A stretch of 64,000 nucleotides of DNA from Chiloscyllium plagiosum. Taxonomy: Eukaryota. The notes below the pieces were generated by a model, which ran no database searches, had not been told where the DNA came from, and saw nothing but the letters and a program-made list of their open reading frames with translations. This document shows, in pieces, positions 12,346 through 25,445 of this stretch. A program made the position numbers and the translations under genes. The stretch's first letter is position 1. Each line of letters opens with the position of its first letter. The DNA lies in assembly GCF_004010195.1 (NCBI RefSeq), contig NC_057750.1, positions 9,682,062 through 9,746,061 of the forward strand, written 5' to 3'.

Positions 12346-13014
12346 CTGTAATAAAAGAGAGGGACAGAGGGACTTGTGTAATCAGCGAGCAGGCAGGAGA
12401 GTGTTGGGGTCACTATTTGTCACTCACTGGCCCTATAAAACAATTTATTCCCCATAAATGGTTTTAAATGGTGGATGTGGGTACAATTTCAATACTTAAA
12501 AGACATTTGGATAAGTACCTGAACAGAAAAGGTTTGGAGGGATATGGACCAGGAGCAGGCAGGTGGGACCAGTTTAGTTTGGTTGGGCCGAAGTGTCTGT
12601 GTGACTTTATGACAGAATCAAAACAGAAATGAGGAGGAATTATTCCTCTCAACGGTCTGTCACTTTGAGAAATCCACTGTCCCTGAGCCTGGGGGATGCC
12701 AGGTTAAACCGCGAGGGGGAGATGGATTTTTAAGTTTTCTTTAATTCATTTTCAGGCATCATTGGCTAGGCCAGCATTTATTGTCCATCTCTAACTGCTG
12801 TTTAAGAGTCAACCACAATTGCTGTGGGTCTGGAGTCACTTGTAGGCCAGACCAGGTAAGGATAGCAGATTTCCTTCCCTAAAGATGGCTTTTCTTCCCC
12901 ACATAATTGGCCATCATTAGACTCTTAATTCCAGATTTTTATTGGATTCAATTCCCGTGACAGGATTTGAACCTGGGCGCCCAGAGACCCATTAGCTGGG
13001 TCTCTGAATTAATA

Positions 13015-13235
13015 GGAGAAAGTGAGGGCTGCAGATGTTGGAGATCAGAGTCGAAGAGTTGTGGCGCTGGAACAGCACAGCAGGTCAGGCAGCATCCGAG
13101 GAGCAGGAGAGTCAACGTTTCAGGCATAAGCCCTTCATCGTCATTCCTGCTGAAGGGCTTATGCCCGAAACATCGACCCTCCTGCTCCTCGGATGCTGCC
13201 TGACCTCCTGTGATTTTCCAGCACTATACCTTTTA
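13015..13235. mobile_element. Fold-back element made of two inverted PLE 3' ends (family A)
   Basis: Left arm ...CACAGCAGGTCAGGCAGCATCCGAGGAGCAGG...CCCTTCATC is mirrored by GAAGGGCTTATGCCCGAAAC...CCTGCTCCTCGGATGCTGCCTGACC; inserted in SINE B. Confidence 0.85.
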
Positions 13236-13836
13236 TCTCTGAATTAATAGTCTAGTGATAATTCCATTAGGCCATCACCTCCTGGATGGGTATATGAATA
13301 AGGAAGGATTTGGAGGGATATGGACCGGGTACTGGCAGGCGGGACTAGATTGGGTTGGGCTATCTGGGTTGGACGGGTTGGACTGAAGGGTCTGTTTCCA
13401 CGCTGTACATCTCTATGACTCTATGACCTCCCTGTAGTAATGGGTTAGAGGGTTCCAGGAAAGTGGAGTTGAGGTGAGATAAGATCAACCACGATTATAC
13501 CCTGCTCCCAGTTCTTGTATACAAAGCTCAAGAGATGGCATTAAGTTCTGCCCCATTTGTTTAATAGAGAGAAGGGGGGAGAGAAAACGACAGAGGCAAG
13601 AAGGGAAGAAAGGTGAAAAACAACTACACTCAGAGCAATGAACAGTCTGGGCAGCAGAGGAAGGACGTCAATACTCTTTCTGATAATATCAGCAGCAAGC
13701 ATCCATAAAAGCTAATCCTGCTGAGGTCAGAGATAGTGTGAGGTTAATTGAGGTGACTCACTTTGATAAGAGTGGAAAAACAGATTCTCTTTTAAAAAGT
13801 TGCGAAACGTGTAAATGTTGATGCTCACAGGGAATT

Positions 13837-14530
13837 AAATAGAATTGAATTAGTTTAATTGTCACACATTCTCACAGGAATACAGGGAAAAATTTACAAG
13901 TCACCACTTGCAGCACCGTCTTAGGTACAAAGTAGCTAGGTGCAGATTCTCAATTACATGTTCTTAGGGCAAAAATGAGAAGAGTAATGAAATAAAAGGT
14001 CCAGCATTACAGATCACAGGAATAAGTTATTAGTTCAGAATGACAGTCCTTCTAACCCAATCTACACTGGGGCCTAGCCTCAAGTCTGCACTGGGCCTTG
14101 ACTTCAGACCACACCAGGCTTCACCTTGAGGCTCTTGAGGCCAGGAGACTGCTCTGGAATCACCTCGAGGCCGAAAATCCACACCAGGCCGGAGGTCCGC
14201 CACACCAGGCCGGAGGTCCACCACACCAGGCCAGAGGTCCGCCATACCAGGCCAGAAATCCACACCATGTCGAAAGAGTGTTACCCCAGACCAAAGGACT
14301 GCCACACCAGGCTGAAAGTCCACACCAGGCCGAAAGATTGCCACACTAGGCCGGAAATCCACACCAGGCCGAACGACTGCCACACCAAGTCTGCGCTGAG
14401 GCCAGGAGTCCAAGTCCCCGCTGAGGCTGGGAGTTCGCCAAGAAAAGAGAGACAAAATACACAAAAAACAAAAATAGAATGGACAGAGCTGACGAGCTCC
14501 AGCTGAAGCGTCCCACTCCTCCGCCATCTT
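13837..14530 (-). mobile_element. Non-autonomous retroelement with YY1-motif start, internal minisatellite and Rex1-like tail
   Basis: Flanked by GGAATT at 13831-13836 and 14531-14536 inside an old CR1; begins AAGATGGCGG on the minus strand. Confidence 0.65.
14168..14390. repeat. Minisatellite with CCACACCAGGCC core, 18- and 21-bp units
   Basis: About 11 direct units visible. Confidence 0.9.
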
Positions 14531-15430
14531 GGAATTGACTCCACATGTTGAAGGAACACAGAGACATGGTGTAAGATAAAACAGGAAAAAAACGGCAGCT
14601 GCTGGAAATCTGAAACAAGGAGACGAAATGCTGGACAAACCCAGCAGGTCTGGCAGCATCTGTGGAGAGGGAAACAGAGTTAACATTCCGAATCCAGTTT
14701 GCTTCAGAACTCTGGACTCTGTTTCTCTCTCTCCCAGATGCTGAGTATCTCCCGCAATTTCTGTCACAGTAAGTTAGCGTGCAGTACAATAAGCAACTTG
14801 AAAGGTAAATAGCACATTGGTCTTTATTGTAATGGCATTTGGAGTACAGAGGCAAAGAGATTTTTCTGCTGGAGCTAAACGGGGTTTTGTTGAGTGTACA
14901 TCTGGAGTAGTGTGCACAGTTTTGGCTTTCCCTATTTCCATATTCTGGCATTGGGGGGGTGGTATAACGAAGGTTCTCTCAATCAGCTCCTGCAAGCCAG
15001 AGGCTGAGTAAATTAGTTCAGAGCTCTCTGAAGTAGCCAGTCACAGTGAAACATATAACTAGTTTCTGACAGGGTTTGGCACCGTGAACACTGAGCTATT
15101 TTTCATAAACTGGAAAGCCAGAATGGGAGAGCAAAATGCGAATATCTCAGGATTTGGGTCTGGGATGAGGAGAAATTTCTTCAGTCAAAGGGCTAGGAGT
15201 CTTTAGAATTCTCTACCCTAGAGGTTTCTGGGTGGCCCACTGCTGAATATATTTAATCTTTAACGATGGGCTATCATTGCACGAGATGGTGGAATGATCT
15301 GAAGGGCTTACACATGAGCATGTTTCTCACATTGTTACTCCTTGGACTCTCTCCCCTCCAGATACCTGAATGTCTATAAACAGTGCGACGGGAAAATAAG
15401 CTTGTCCCTAGCTTCTCACCCATGGAAAGG

Positions 15431-16836
15431 TTTTTTTTTATTTCCAAAATATACTTTATTCATAAAATATTTTGATGGTCGGTACAGTTGGTCATGCCAT
15501 ACATACGGAAACATTCCATTTCTTTGCTTACAGAGATCAGAATTTACCATTTGTATATACAGGTCTGTACGTTTATCAATCATATATCTATATATTTAGC
15601 TGAGCCATCAGCGGAGCCCAAATGACTGCGTAGGCCCCCTGTTCTTCGTTAGGCAGGCAGACGTTACACAGTGGTCTTTCCCCACCGCGCCTTAGCGGCA
15701 GCTGCCCCGAGCTTCAGCGCGTCCCTCAACACGTAGTCTTGGACCATGGAATGTGCCAGTCTGCAACACTCAGTCGGCGTCAACTCCTGCAGCTGGAAGA
15801 TCAGCAGGTTTCGGACCACCCAGAGAGCGTCCTTCACTGAGTTGATGATCCTCCAGGCACAGTTGATGTTCCTCTCGGTGTGCGTCCCGGAGAACAGGCC
15901 GTAGAGCACGGAGTCCCGCGTCACGGCGCTGCTCGGGACGAACCTCGACAAACACCACTGCATTCCTCTCCAGACTTCCTCTGCATAGGCACATTCCAGA
16001 AGGAGGTGTGTGACAGTCTCGTCCCCCCCCCGCANNNNNNNNNNNNNNNNNNNNNNNNNNNNNNNNNNNNNNNNNNNNNNNNNNNNNNNNNNNNNNNNNN
16101 NNNNNNNNNNNNNNNNNNNNNNNNNNNNNNNNNNNNNNNNNNNNNNNNNNNNNNNNNNNNNNNNNNNNNNNNNNNNNNNNNNNNNNNNNNNNNNNNNNNN
16201 NNNNNNNNNNNNNNNNNNNNNNNNNNNNNNNNNNNNNNNNNNNNNNNNNNNNNNNNNNNNNNNNNNAGGTGGCCATCAGGTTGAGGGTGGCATTGGGTGT
16301 ATTTTTTCCCCCGTTGCCCAGATCTTTGTACAGCAAGTCCCTTCGGACCCGGTCCATCTTTGACCACCATATAAACTGGAAGATGGCCCGGGTGACTGCA
16401 GCGGCACAGGTTCTGGGAATAGGCCAGACCTGTGCCACGTATAACAGCAATGACAGTGCCTCACACCTGATGACCAGGTTTTTTCCAGCGATGGAGAGCG
16501 ACCGTAGCTTCCATCTGCCCAGTTTCTGCCTCACTTTGCTGATACGCTCCTCCCAAGACTTGGCGCACGCCCCAACCCCCCCGAACCAAACACCCAGCAC
16601 CTTCAGGTGGTCGGTCCTGACGGTGAAGGGGATTAAGGATTGGTCGGCCCAGTCCCCGAAGAGCATGGCCTCGCTCTTGCCTCGGTTTACCTTGGCCCCC
16701 GAGGCCCGTTCGAACTGGTCACATATGTACACGAGTCCGCACAGATTACAGTTCTTGGCCTCCTTACATTCCTTGGTCGGGTGACCTTCCTGCTTGCAGG
16801 TTCGACAGACGGTCACCTTACAATCCGCTGCCATGT
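15431..16836 (-). mobile_element. Tx1-type (L1 group) LINE, internally deleted, spans an assembly gap
   Basis: CCHC knuckle CRTCKQEGHPTKEC joined to ORF2 end (FERASGAKVNRGKS, LSIAGKNLVI, FIWWSKMDRV); poly(A) and AATAAA at ~15431-15460. Confidence 0.85.
16035..16266. other. Assembly gap (232 N)
   Basis: Run of N. Confidence 1.
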
Positions 16837-17504
16837 GGAAACATTTGTTTCCATCCAGTGTTGAAGAGCAGGAGATACCCCACCCTGTTAGGGTGCTTGG
16901 CTTTCTCTTTTACTTCCTCTATTTCCCTCCCACTTCTCTCTTTTGGTTAAAAATAACAAGGCCATCCCTATAGTGTGTGTCGCTGTAATTAACTTTGTAG
17001 CTCAGCCCTGCTGTGTCTATGGTTGCATGGGGCAGACTGATCTTTCGGCTCCACTAGGACTGAGGTTGGAGGTCACGATTGTGCCAGCAAGTCAGGGAGC
17101 CAATCACCCATCAGCGTGAACAGCCATTGGTCCATTTTCCAGACTGGGTGTTGCCCACGGTGCGGAGTAACCAATCAGTGTCAGCTCCCCAGGGAGCTCA
17201 AGGTGGCCTCCTGGTGGCAGAGCCAGAGAACATCACCCCAACTCCAAGGAGTTCCCCACACCACCCTCCACCCTCCCTCTGGCCAGGGTGGGGTTCAACG
17301 ATGACAAACTACTGAGGAGAGGTATCCTGTCTAGCCCCAACCCCTCAGGTCTGGTTATTGTCACAATGTGGAGGGTTTTAAGTTGCTATCAATTTGGTAC
17401 AGGCTGTGGAGAGCAGGGCAGCGGTAATGCTGGGGTGTGAAGGGTGAGGGGGGGGCATCAAATACAATAGAACAATCGGAACAGACTCACTCCTGAGCTA
17501 GTTC

Positions 17505-17940
17505 CATGAACATATGAACACACATGCATACATGAACACCTGAACACAATACACGAACACACATACATGATACATGAGCACATGTACATGAATGCACATA
17601 CATGAATACATGAACACGATACATGAAGACATAATACATGGACACAAATGAATGAACACAGTTATGAGCACACATACATGAACACACATACATGAACCTA
17701 CATACATGAACAGAACCTCCATACATGAGCACACAATGCATGAACACACATGCGTGAACACACATACATGAACACAATCCATGAACACACAATCACGAAC
17801 ACACATGTATGTATGCATGACCACATATGCATGAATGCACATGATCACACATGCATGAATGTCTGAACTCAACACACGAACACACATACATGGAAACACA
17901 CATACATGAAGACACATGAACACATATATATGAACACAAT
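17505..17940. repeat. Degenerate simple tandem repeat (CATGAACACACATA)n
   Basis: Repeated CATGAACAC/CATACATG motifs. Confidence 0.9.
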
Positions 17941-19234
17941 TCTAAGCACCCTGGCTGCACACACATTGGACTCTGTGACACCCCCCTCCCCACCCCATTA
18001 TGTGTTCCTGGGTCAGTCGGTTCCCCTCCAGGTAAAACAAAGCATGTAAAATGGCACTTCATGCCGAAGTGAGTTTGTCCAGTCCCTGCATTTCCCCACT
18101 CCATCTACCCAGCCAGGCAGCATGAATCCCACCCACTCCCTTCCTCCCTAAATCAACGGGCCAGCATTTCCCTGAGGCCCTTCGATTCCTGTCAGCGGGA
18201 AGCTGTATGAGTTCCTGGTCAGGCTTGGAGCAACGCAGCAGCTTGTTGGAACTACCCCTTCGTGAACGACGTCAAGCCTTTGGAGAGGAAGCAGAGCAGG
18301 TTTCCCGGGGATGAAGGGGTGTGGAGAGGCTGCGGATTGAACCGTCATGTTCAAAAGCCTGAATGGTTTCAATCGAGGGGGTAAGACGGGACAGCTTCCA
18401 CTGGCAGGAACATCGGTGCCACAGTCTCAAGTGAAAAAGAGGAGACAGAACAAATGACTTTCAGGGAGAGAACAGTAACCTGGAACTTAGCGTCTGAGAG
18501 AGGAAGCAGATGCAATGTTCGTTTTCATATGGAAATTGCATAGAAAAGACATGGCTTTGAGCTGTTTAGCTCCAGTACAGGCCCGATTACTGAACTCATT
18601 ATGTGTTTTATCCATCAGGTGGTTGAAATACCAGCACAGTATACCAAAGCTCAGATGCAATTCAATTATTCATCTTTCAATTCACCAAGCATCTTAAGTT
18701 CACCTTTTTGGAATCTGAAACTGCTGGCTTTGGCTACAGTGATATTCTATTTCCATTCTGGCACCGAAGCCTGTTCATCACAGGTTTAGATCGAAATCAG
18801 TTCGACTGAGTTCCTGAACCAGATGCCAAGAGAGCTAAGCCAAGATTAAATGGGAGTCAAAACCAGCACTTATAAACACTTGGCAAATCTCTGCCTTCTG
18901 CCAAAGCTTTCACCTCCTTTTATTTCTTATCCAGTTCCAGCTCTGAGATCTCACTACTTTTCTGTCCCTAGTTGTTGAGAATTGTCAAATCACAGGGACT
19001 CTTTTGTAGAGTCACACAGCAGAGTAACAGCCCCTTCGGCCCAACCAGTCCATGCCAACCATAATCCCAAACTAAACTAGTACCACCAGCCTGCTCCTGG
19101 CCCATATCCCTCCAAACCTTTCCTAGTCATGGACAGATCCAAATGTCTTTTAAACCTTGTAACTGTGCCCACATCCATCACTTTCTCTGCAAGTTCATTC
19201 CACACACAAACCACATTCTGTGTAAAAAAATTTT

Positions 19235-20296
19235 AATCTAGATAAATGTGAGGTGCTACATTTTGGAAAGGCAAATCAGGGCAGGACTTAATGGTAAAGT
19301 CCAGGGGAGTATTTGCGAAGTGCAGGTTCCTAGTTCCTGGAGTCACAGGTAGATATTAGATTAGATTACAGTGTGGAAACAGGCCCTTCGGCCCAACAAG
19401 TCCACACCGATCCGCCGAAGCGAAACCCACCCATACCCCTACATTTACCCCTTACCTAACGCTACAGGCAATTTAGTATGGCCAATTCACCTGACCTGCA
19501 CATCTTTGGACTGTGGGAGGAAACCGGAGCACCCGGAGGAAACCCACGCAGACACGGGGAGAACGTACAAACTCCACACAGTCAGTCGCCTGAGGCGGGA
19601 ATTGAACCCGGGTCTCTGGCGCTGTGAGGCAGCAGTGCTAACCACTGTACCACCGTGCCGCCCACTATGATTGTGAAGAAGGTGTTTGATACACTTTCCT
19701 TTGTTGGTCAGAGCATTGAGGCTGTACAGGACATGGATTAGGACACTTTTGGAATATTGCGTGCAATTCTGCTCTCCTTCCTATTGGAAGGATGCTGTGA
19801 AACTTGAAAGGGTTCGGAAAAGATTTACAAGGATGTTGCCAGGGTTGGAGGGTTTGAGCTACAGGGAGAGGCTGAACAGGCTGGGGCTGTTTTCCCTGGA
19901 GTATCGGAGGCTGAGGGGTGACCTTATAGAGGTTTACAAAATTATGAGGGGCATGGATAGGGTAAATTGACAAGGTCTTTTCCTTGGGGTGGGGAAGTCC
20001 AGAACTCGAGGGCCTAAGTTTAAGGTGAGAGGGGAAAATTTTAAAAGGGACCTAAGGGGCAACTTTTTCATGCAGAGGGTGGTGTGTGTATGGAATGAGC
20101 TGCCAGAGGAAGAGGTGGAGGCTGGTACAATTACAACATTTAAAAGGCTTCTGGATGGGTACATGAATAGGAAGGGTTTACAGGGATACGGGGCAAGTGC
20201 TGGCACATAGGACTAGATTGGGTTGGGATATCTGATCAGCATGGACGAGTTGGACCGAAGGGTCTGTTTCCTTGCTGCATGTCTCTATGACTCTAT
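19235..20296 (+). mobile_element. HER1/CR1 3' kilobase with nested young HE1 (19356-19663, minus)
   Basis: [34 protein letters not shown] and [14 protein letters not shown] motifs; ACTCTATG tail. Confidence 0.9.
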
Positions 20297-20299
20297 GAG

Positions 20300-20512
20300 G
20301 CAAAAGTGAGGACTGCAGATGCTGGAAACCAGAGTTTAGATTAGAGTGGGTGCTGGAAAAGCACAGCAGGTCAGGCAGCATCCGAGGAGCAGGAAAATCG
20401 ACATTTCGGGCAAAAGCCTTTCATCAAAGCTTTTGCCCGAAACATCGATTTTCCTGCTCCTCGGATGCTGCCTGACCTGCTGTGCTTTTCCAGCACTACT
20501 CTGATCTAAACT
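20300..20512. mobile_element. Fold-back PLE-end element (family A)
   Basis: Inverted arms meeting at ...GCCTTTCATC/AAAGCTTTTGCCCGAAAC. Confidence 0.85.
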
Positions 20513-21711
20513 ATGATTCTATGACTCATGTCTTTTTTAAATCTCTCTCCTCTCACCTTAAAAATGTGCTCTCGATTCTTGAAATCCCCCACCCTAGGGA
20601 ACAGACACCTGCCATTCACCCTACCTATGCCTGCCATGATTTTATAAACTTCTACAAGGTCATCCCACAACCTCCTACGCTTCAGTGCAAACAGTAAAAG
20701 CCTATCCAGCCTTTCTTTGTAACTCAAACCCTCCAAACCTGGCAACATCCTGGGAAATCTCTTCAGAACCCTCTCTCGTGTAATGATGTCTGTCCTACAA
20801 CTTGGTGACCAGAAATGGACACAGTAGTCCAGAAGAGGCCTCACCAATGTCTTTGCTTGCTTAGCGTGTTGTTGAGGAGCCCGTATTGGACTGGGGTGGA
20901 CAAAGTTAAAAATCTCACAAAACCAGGTTATGGTCCAACAGGTTTATTTGGAAGCACTAGCTTTAAGAGTGTTGATCCTTCATCAGGTAGGACTAGTGAA
21001 CCAGATGGGTTTTTTTTTCCCCCAACTATCAGTGGTTAGCACTGCTGCCTCACAACACCAGGGTCCCAGGTTCAATTCCAGCCTCGGGTGACTGTCTGTG
21101 TGGAGTTTGCACATTCTCCCCGTGTCTGCGTGGGTTTGCTCCGGTTTCCTCCCACAGTCCAAAGATGTGTCGGTCAGGTGGATTGGCCAAGCTAAATTGC
21201 CTGTAGTGTTAGGTGCATTGGTTAGAGTGAAATGGGTCTGGGTGGGTTACTCTTCGGAGGGTCGGTGTGGACTGGTTGGGCCGAAGGGCCTGTTTCCACA
21301 CTGTAGGGAATCTAATCTAATTTAATCTATTTACAACAGATTCATGGTCAACATTAGACTCTTAATCCCATATTTTTATTGAATTCTAATTCCACCACCT
21401 GTCATGTCTGGGTTTGAAGCCAGGTCCTCAGAGCATCACTTAGGTTAGAGGTCTAATGATAATGCTACTGGGCATCATTTCCCCGGGAGTATGACAAGTT
21501 TAACTTTGACCAGCCATCCAGTTAACAAGCTCCATTGCTAACTCACGATTATTCAAAACTATTGTGTAAAGCCTTTAAGGCATCTGGTGGTTGTGAAAAT
21601 CTCTACATAAATGTAAGTCTTTTATTTCCCAGAACAATCACTGCTCCCAGGAGAATTTTGGTGTTGCTTTAAAGTTTATGCGAATGAAATGCCTTGTTTC
21701 CACTTGACATT

Positions 21712-22475
21712 TGTGACAATACTATGGTTTAAAGAAGCGTATTTCCTCCAGGTTATTTTATGAAGAGAGGTTGAGACGGGTTACTGAGCAGACTGTTCCA
21801 AGTCAACAGTTTGTGAAGCCTTGAGTTTTTTTTTAAGTTGAAACAATAGAAGCATCCTGAAGGGGTGGGGTCAGGCCCCCACAGAACCAGAGTTTGAGTT
21901 TAACTTTCAGCAGGTGCTGGGGGCTTGAAGCTGGGGGTGTGGAAGCTGTTTCTCTCCTTCTCTCTCTCACTTTCTCTCTCTCTCTCTCTCTCTTATGTTC
22001 TCTTCTGCTGCCAGAAACACATGTGAGACAATCTCTTTTACTGGGAGAAAGTGAGGACTGCAAATGCTGGGGAGTCAGAGTCAAACAGTGTGGCGCTGCA
22101 AAAGTAAAGCAGCTCAGGCAGCATCTAAGGAGCAGGAGAATCAACATTTCTGGCATTAGCCCTTCATAAGGAATGTGTTTTACTGCCTTGGTCATAGGAT
22201 GTTACTATGTTGGAACAATTACTGTTTGGTCGTTAAATAATCTATTCTTCTGCTAAGTTTTTCAATAGAGTAAAGTTATTCCAATCTTTTTTCTTTTGTT
22301 TGTATTTTAATTAGAAGGTAAGAATAAAGCGTGTTTTGCTTAAAGCCGTGTAATGCGACCAATTGAAGTACATCTGGAACACAGCACCTTACGCTTGCCT
22401 TTAAATAAGATAAGGGTTAGGGTCCAGGCTATCTCCTTGATATATTTGAGAGGGGGTTTCATCTGGTCAAGAACA
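21712..22475 (+). mobile_element. Solo LTR (Gypsy/ERV-like) with a nested PLE-end fragment at ~22043-22175
   Basis: TGTGAC...GAACA termini, flanks CATT/CATG (imperfect 4-bp TSD), AATAAA at ~22323; homologous to 34686-35293. Confidence 0.7.
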
Positions 22476-22674
22476 CATGGCACAGACAGGGTAACATGGA
22501 ACATAACCAGCTCTGGGGCAGCAACTTCCCAGCTAAGGTCTGCTCCTTCATCTCTCCTCCTCGTCTGCTTGTCCTTCATTCAGGCAGAGTCAATGCCCAG
22601 CTCACATCTCACACAAGAGGCCATTTGTCATACACTGATAAAACTCCATCATTGCAGAATCATTTGACCTATCG

Positions 22675-23068
22675 AGTCTCCACCAACTGTCGAAAGAACA
22701 TCCCACCCAGACCCCTCAGCTGATCCCTGTGACCCTGCATTCCCACCTAGGAATGGCTAACCCACCTAGCCTGCACATCCCTGGGCACTTTGGGGCAATT
22801 TAGCATGGCCAATGCACCTTAACCTACACATCCCTGAACACTGTGGGGTAATTTAGCACGGCCAATCCACCCTAACCTGCACATCCCTGTACACTATGGG
22901 GCAATTTAGCATGGCCAATCCACCCTAACCTACACATCTTTGAACTGTGGGAAGAGACACAGGGAGAATGTGCAAACTCTACACAGACAGCTGCCCAAGT
23001 TTGGAATCAAACCCAGGTCCCTGGCACTGCGAGGCAGCAGTGCCAACCACTGAGCCACCGTGCCGCCC
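22675..23068 (-). mobile_element. HE1 SINE with internal ~50-bp tandem triplication
   Basis: Three GGGGCAATTTAGCATGGCCAAT...ACCTGCACATCCCTG units. Confidence 0.85.
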
Positions 23069-24294
23069 CAAACAACTAAGCACTTTCGAGGCAAACACAA
23101 TTTGGTTTTGCCCATCACTTCATTGCTATTTCTAGGACCTTGCTATGCCATCGTTTCCTGCGCCAGGAAATACACTTCGGAAACACTCTTTTGGCTGCAA
23201 ATTGTTTTGAGACATCCTGACATTGTGAAGGGCACACGTTGCCTTTTTGAGTTCCCAGCAGAAACAGATTAATCGATATATCCTAGTGGATAATTGTTTT
23301 CTTATTTTGTTTTGATAACAGGTATTATGTCTTTGCAACAAAAGAGCATCATCAAAGAGCAATTGACACCAATAAAAATAAGAAGGTGGCGAGACAGACG
23401 ACCAAAATTTTGTATGATTGTTTTTAAAGAGTTTACACAAAATGTTATCAAACTAAATTGTTTTTCCTCCTGCCAATGCTGCCCGGCCTGCTGATATAGC
23501 CAATACGTTATGCTCGTTAATACAAAATAATTTATAAACTGACACCCAGTAGGGTTCTTTTTAAGTGCTTGAAAATTTGATTTACAAAAACACTCCTGAA
23601 GACAAATTGTGTTCCACCGACGCTACGTTCTATACTTAGAATAATTGCAGTTTTCAAATTGAATTTCTGACTTGCACTCCAGACAGAATGGGTGCCCTGG
23701 TTCAAAATCTCATCACATTTGTTGCCTCACTTCAGATCTGATACCGGCAGAATGTTCCAGAAACTCCGCAGGACTCTGTTCGAAGTTTCACTTGGAGTAG
23801 TTTGTGCCAATTCTGGAAACTGACAGGTTTTCAAAAGATTTTCAGGCTAGACAGAGGAGATAGGGAGTAGCTGTCCAGGCTCTTAAAAGGAAACTGAACA
23901 AAAGGGAGCATAGGGTTAAAGTGATCTGCAAACAAAGCAATGCGAGACAAAAACATTTTTATTTAATGTGTGATGAGGGTCTGGAATGCATTGTCTTGGA
24001 ATGTGGTGGGGGCAGGTCCAACTGAGACATTGTAGAGGGGCATTATTTGGATAGAAATGGTGTGCAGGGATTTGGGGAAAATGTAGGAGTTTGGCACCAA
24101 AGGGACAGAACCAATGAAAGCAGATAGGTTGAATGGCCTCTTTCTGCAATTCTATGAACTTGGCAAGATATAACCCAACTTTTATAGAGTCATCCAGCAC
24201 AGAAACAGATCCTGTGGCCCACCAGTCCACACCGACCATAGTCCCAACTTAAAATAGTCCCACCTGCCTGCTCCTGGCCCATCTCCCTCCCAAG

Positions 24295-24505
24295 AGAGAA
24301 TGAGGACTGCAGATGCTGCAGCTCAGAGTTGAGAGTGTGGCGCTGGAAAAGCACAGCCAGTCAGGCAGCATCCGAGGAGCAGGAGAATCAACGTTCATCG
24401 GGAATCACCTTCATCGGGAATCAGGGCTTTTGCCCAAAACATTGTTTCCCCTGCTCCTCGGATGCTGTCTGACCGGCTGCGCTTTTCCAGCACCACACTC
24501 TCTAC
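24295..24505. mobile_element. Fold-back PLE-end element inserted in a CR1 tail
   Basis: Inverted arms; CR1 sequence CATCTCCCTCC is repeated on both sides. Confidence 0.8.
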
Positions 24506-24519
24506 CCTCATCTCCCTCC

Positions 24520-25445
24520 AAACTTTTCCTATTCATGTACTTATCCAAATGTCTTTTAAACATTGGAACTGTACCCAAGTCCACCACTTCCTCAGGAAGT
24601 TCATTCCATATGCGAACCACCCACGGTGTAAAAGATTTGCCCCTCATGTCTTTTTTAAATCTCTCTCTTCTCACTTTTGTCTTGAAATCCCCCACCCGAG
24701 GGAAAAGACAACTACCATTAATCTCCTCTGGACCCCTTGTGATCTTATGCACCTCTAAAAGTCACCTCTCAATCTCCTACACTCCAGGGAAAACAGTCTC
24801 AGCCTATCCAGCCTCTCCTTATAACTCAAACCTTCCATTCCCAGCAACATCCTGGTGAATCTCCTCTGAAGCCTCTCCAGCTTAATAATATCCTTCCTAT
24901 AACTGGGAAAACCGGAACTGGATACAGTATTCCAGAAGAGGTCTCACTAATGTCCTGTACAACCTCAACATGTCTTGCCAACTCCTACACTCAATAGTGA
25001 GGTTTTGAGCTTGAGGGAGAGGCTGAACAGGCTGGGGCTGTTTTCCCTGGAGCATCGGAGGCTGAGGGTTGACCTTATAGAGGTTTACAAAATTATGAGG
25101 GGCCTGGATAGGGGGAATAGACAAGGTCTTTTCCCTGGGTTGAGGAAGTCCAGAACTAGAGGGCATAGGTTTAAGGTGAGAGGGGAAGAACATAAAAGGG
25201 ACCTGAGGGGCAACATTTTCCACACAGAGGGTGGTGCATGTATGGAATGAGCTGCCAGAGAAAGTGGTGGAGGCTGGTACAATTGCAACATTTAAAAGGC
25301 ATCTGGATGGGTACATGAATAGGAAGGATTTGGAGGGATATGGGACGGGTGTTGGCAAATGGGACTAGATTGGGTTGGGATATCTGGTCAGCACCGACGA
25401 ATTGGATTGAAGGGTCTGTTTCCGTGCTGTACATCCCTCTGATTG
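24520..25445. mobile_element. Two oppositely oriented CR1/HER1 3' fragments
   Basis: Minus fragment ~24520-24995 and plus fragment ~25000-25445 with standard CR1 C-terminal motifs. Confidence 0.85.

Noticed and set aside
14578..14765. Fifth hammerhead family in fold-back remnants (also ~6030-6140, 11320-11425, 56195-56285)
   Set aside because: Probably further PLE ends, but the core nucleotides are too decayed here to support a ribozyme call
14030..14951. Overlapping 245-aa and 201-aa ORFs
   Set aside because: Open only because of stop-free minisatellite units and adjacent repeats; no protein family signal
15770..16834. Longest ORFs (354 aa here, 238 aa at 38454-39170) as host genes
   Set aside because: Both are Tx1-type LINE ORF2 remnants with poly(A) tails; the first is inflated by an N gap
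17487..18104. Cys/His/Met/Val-rich ORFs resembling metal-binding or membrane proteins
   Set aside because: Translations of a simple (CATGAACACACATA)n repeat
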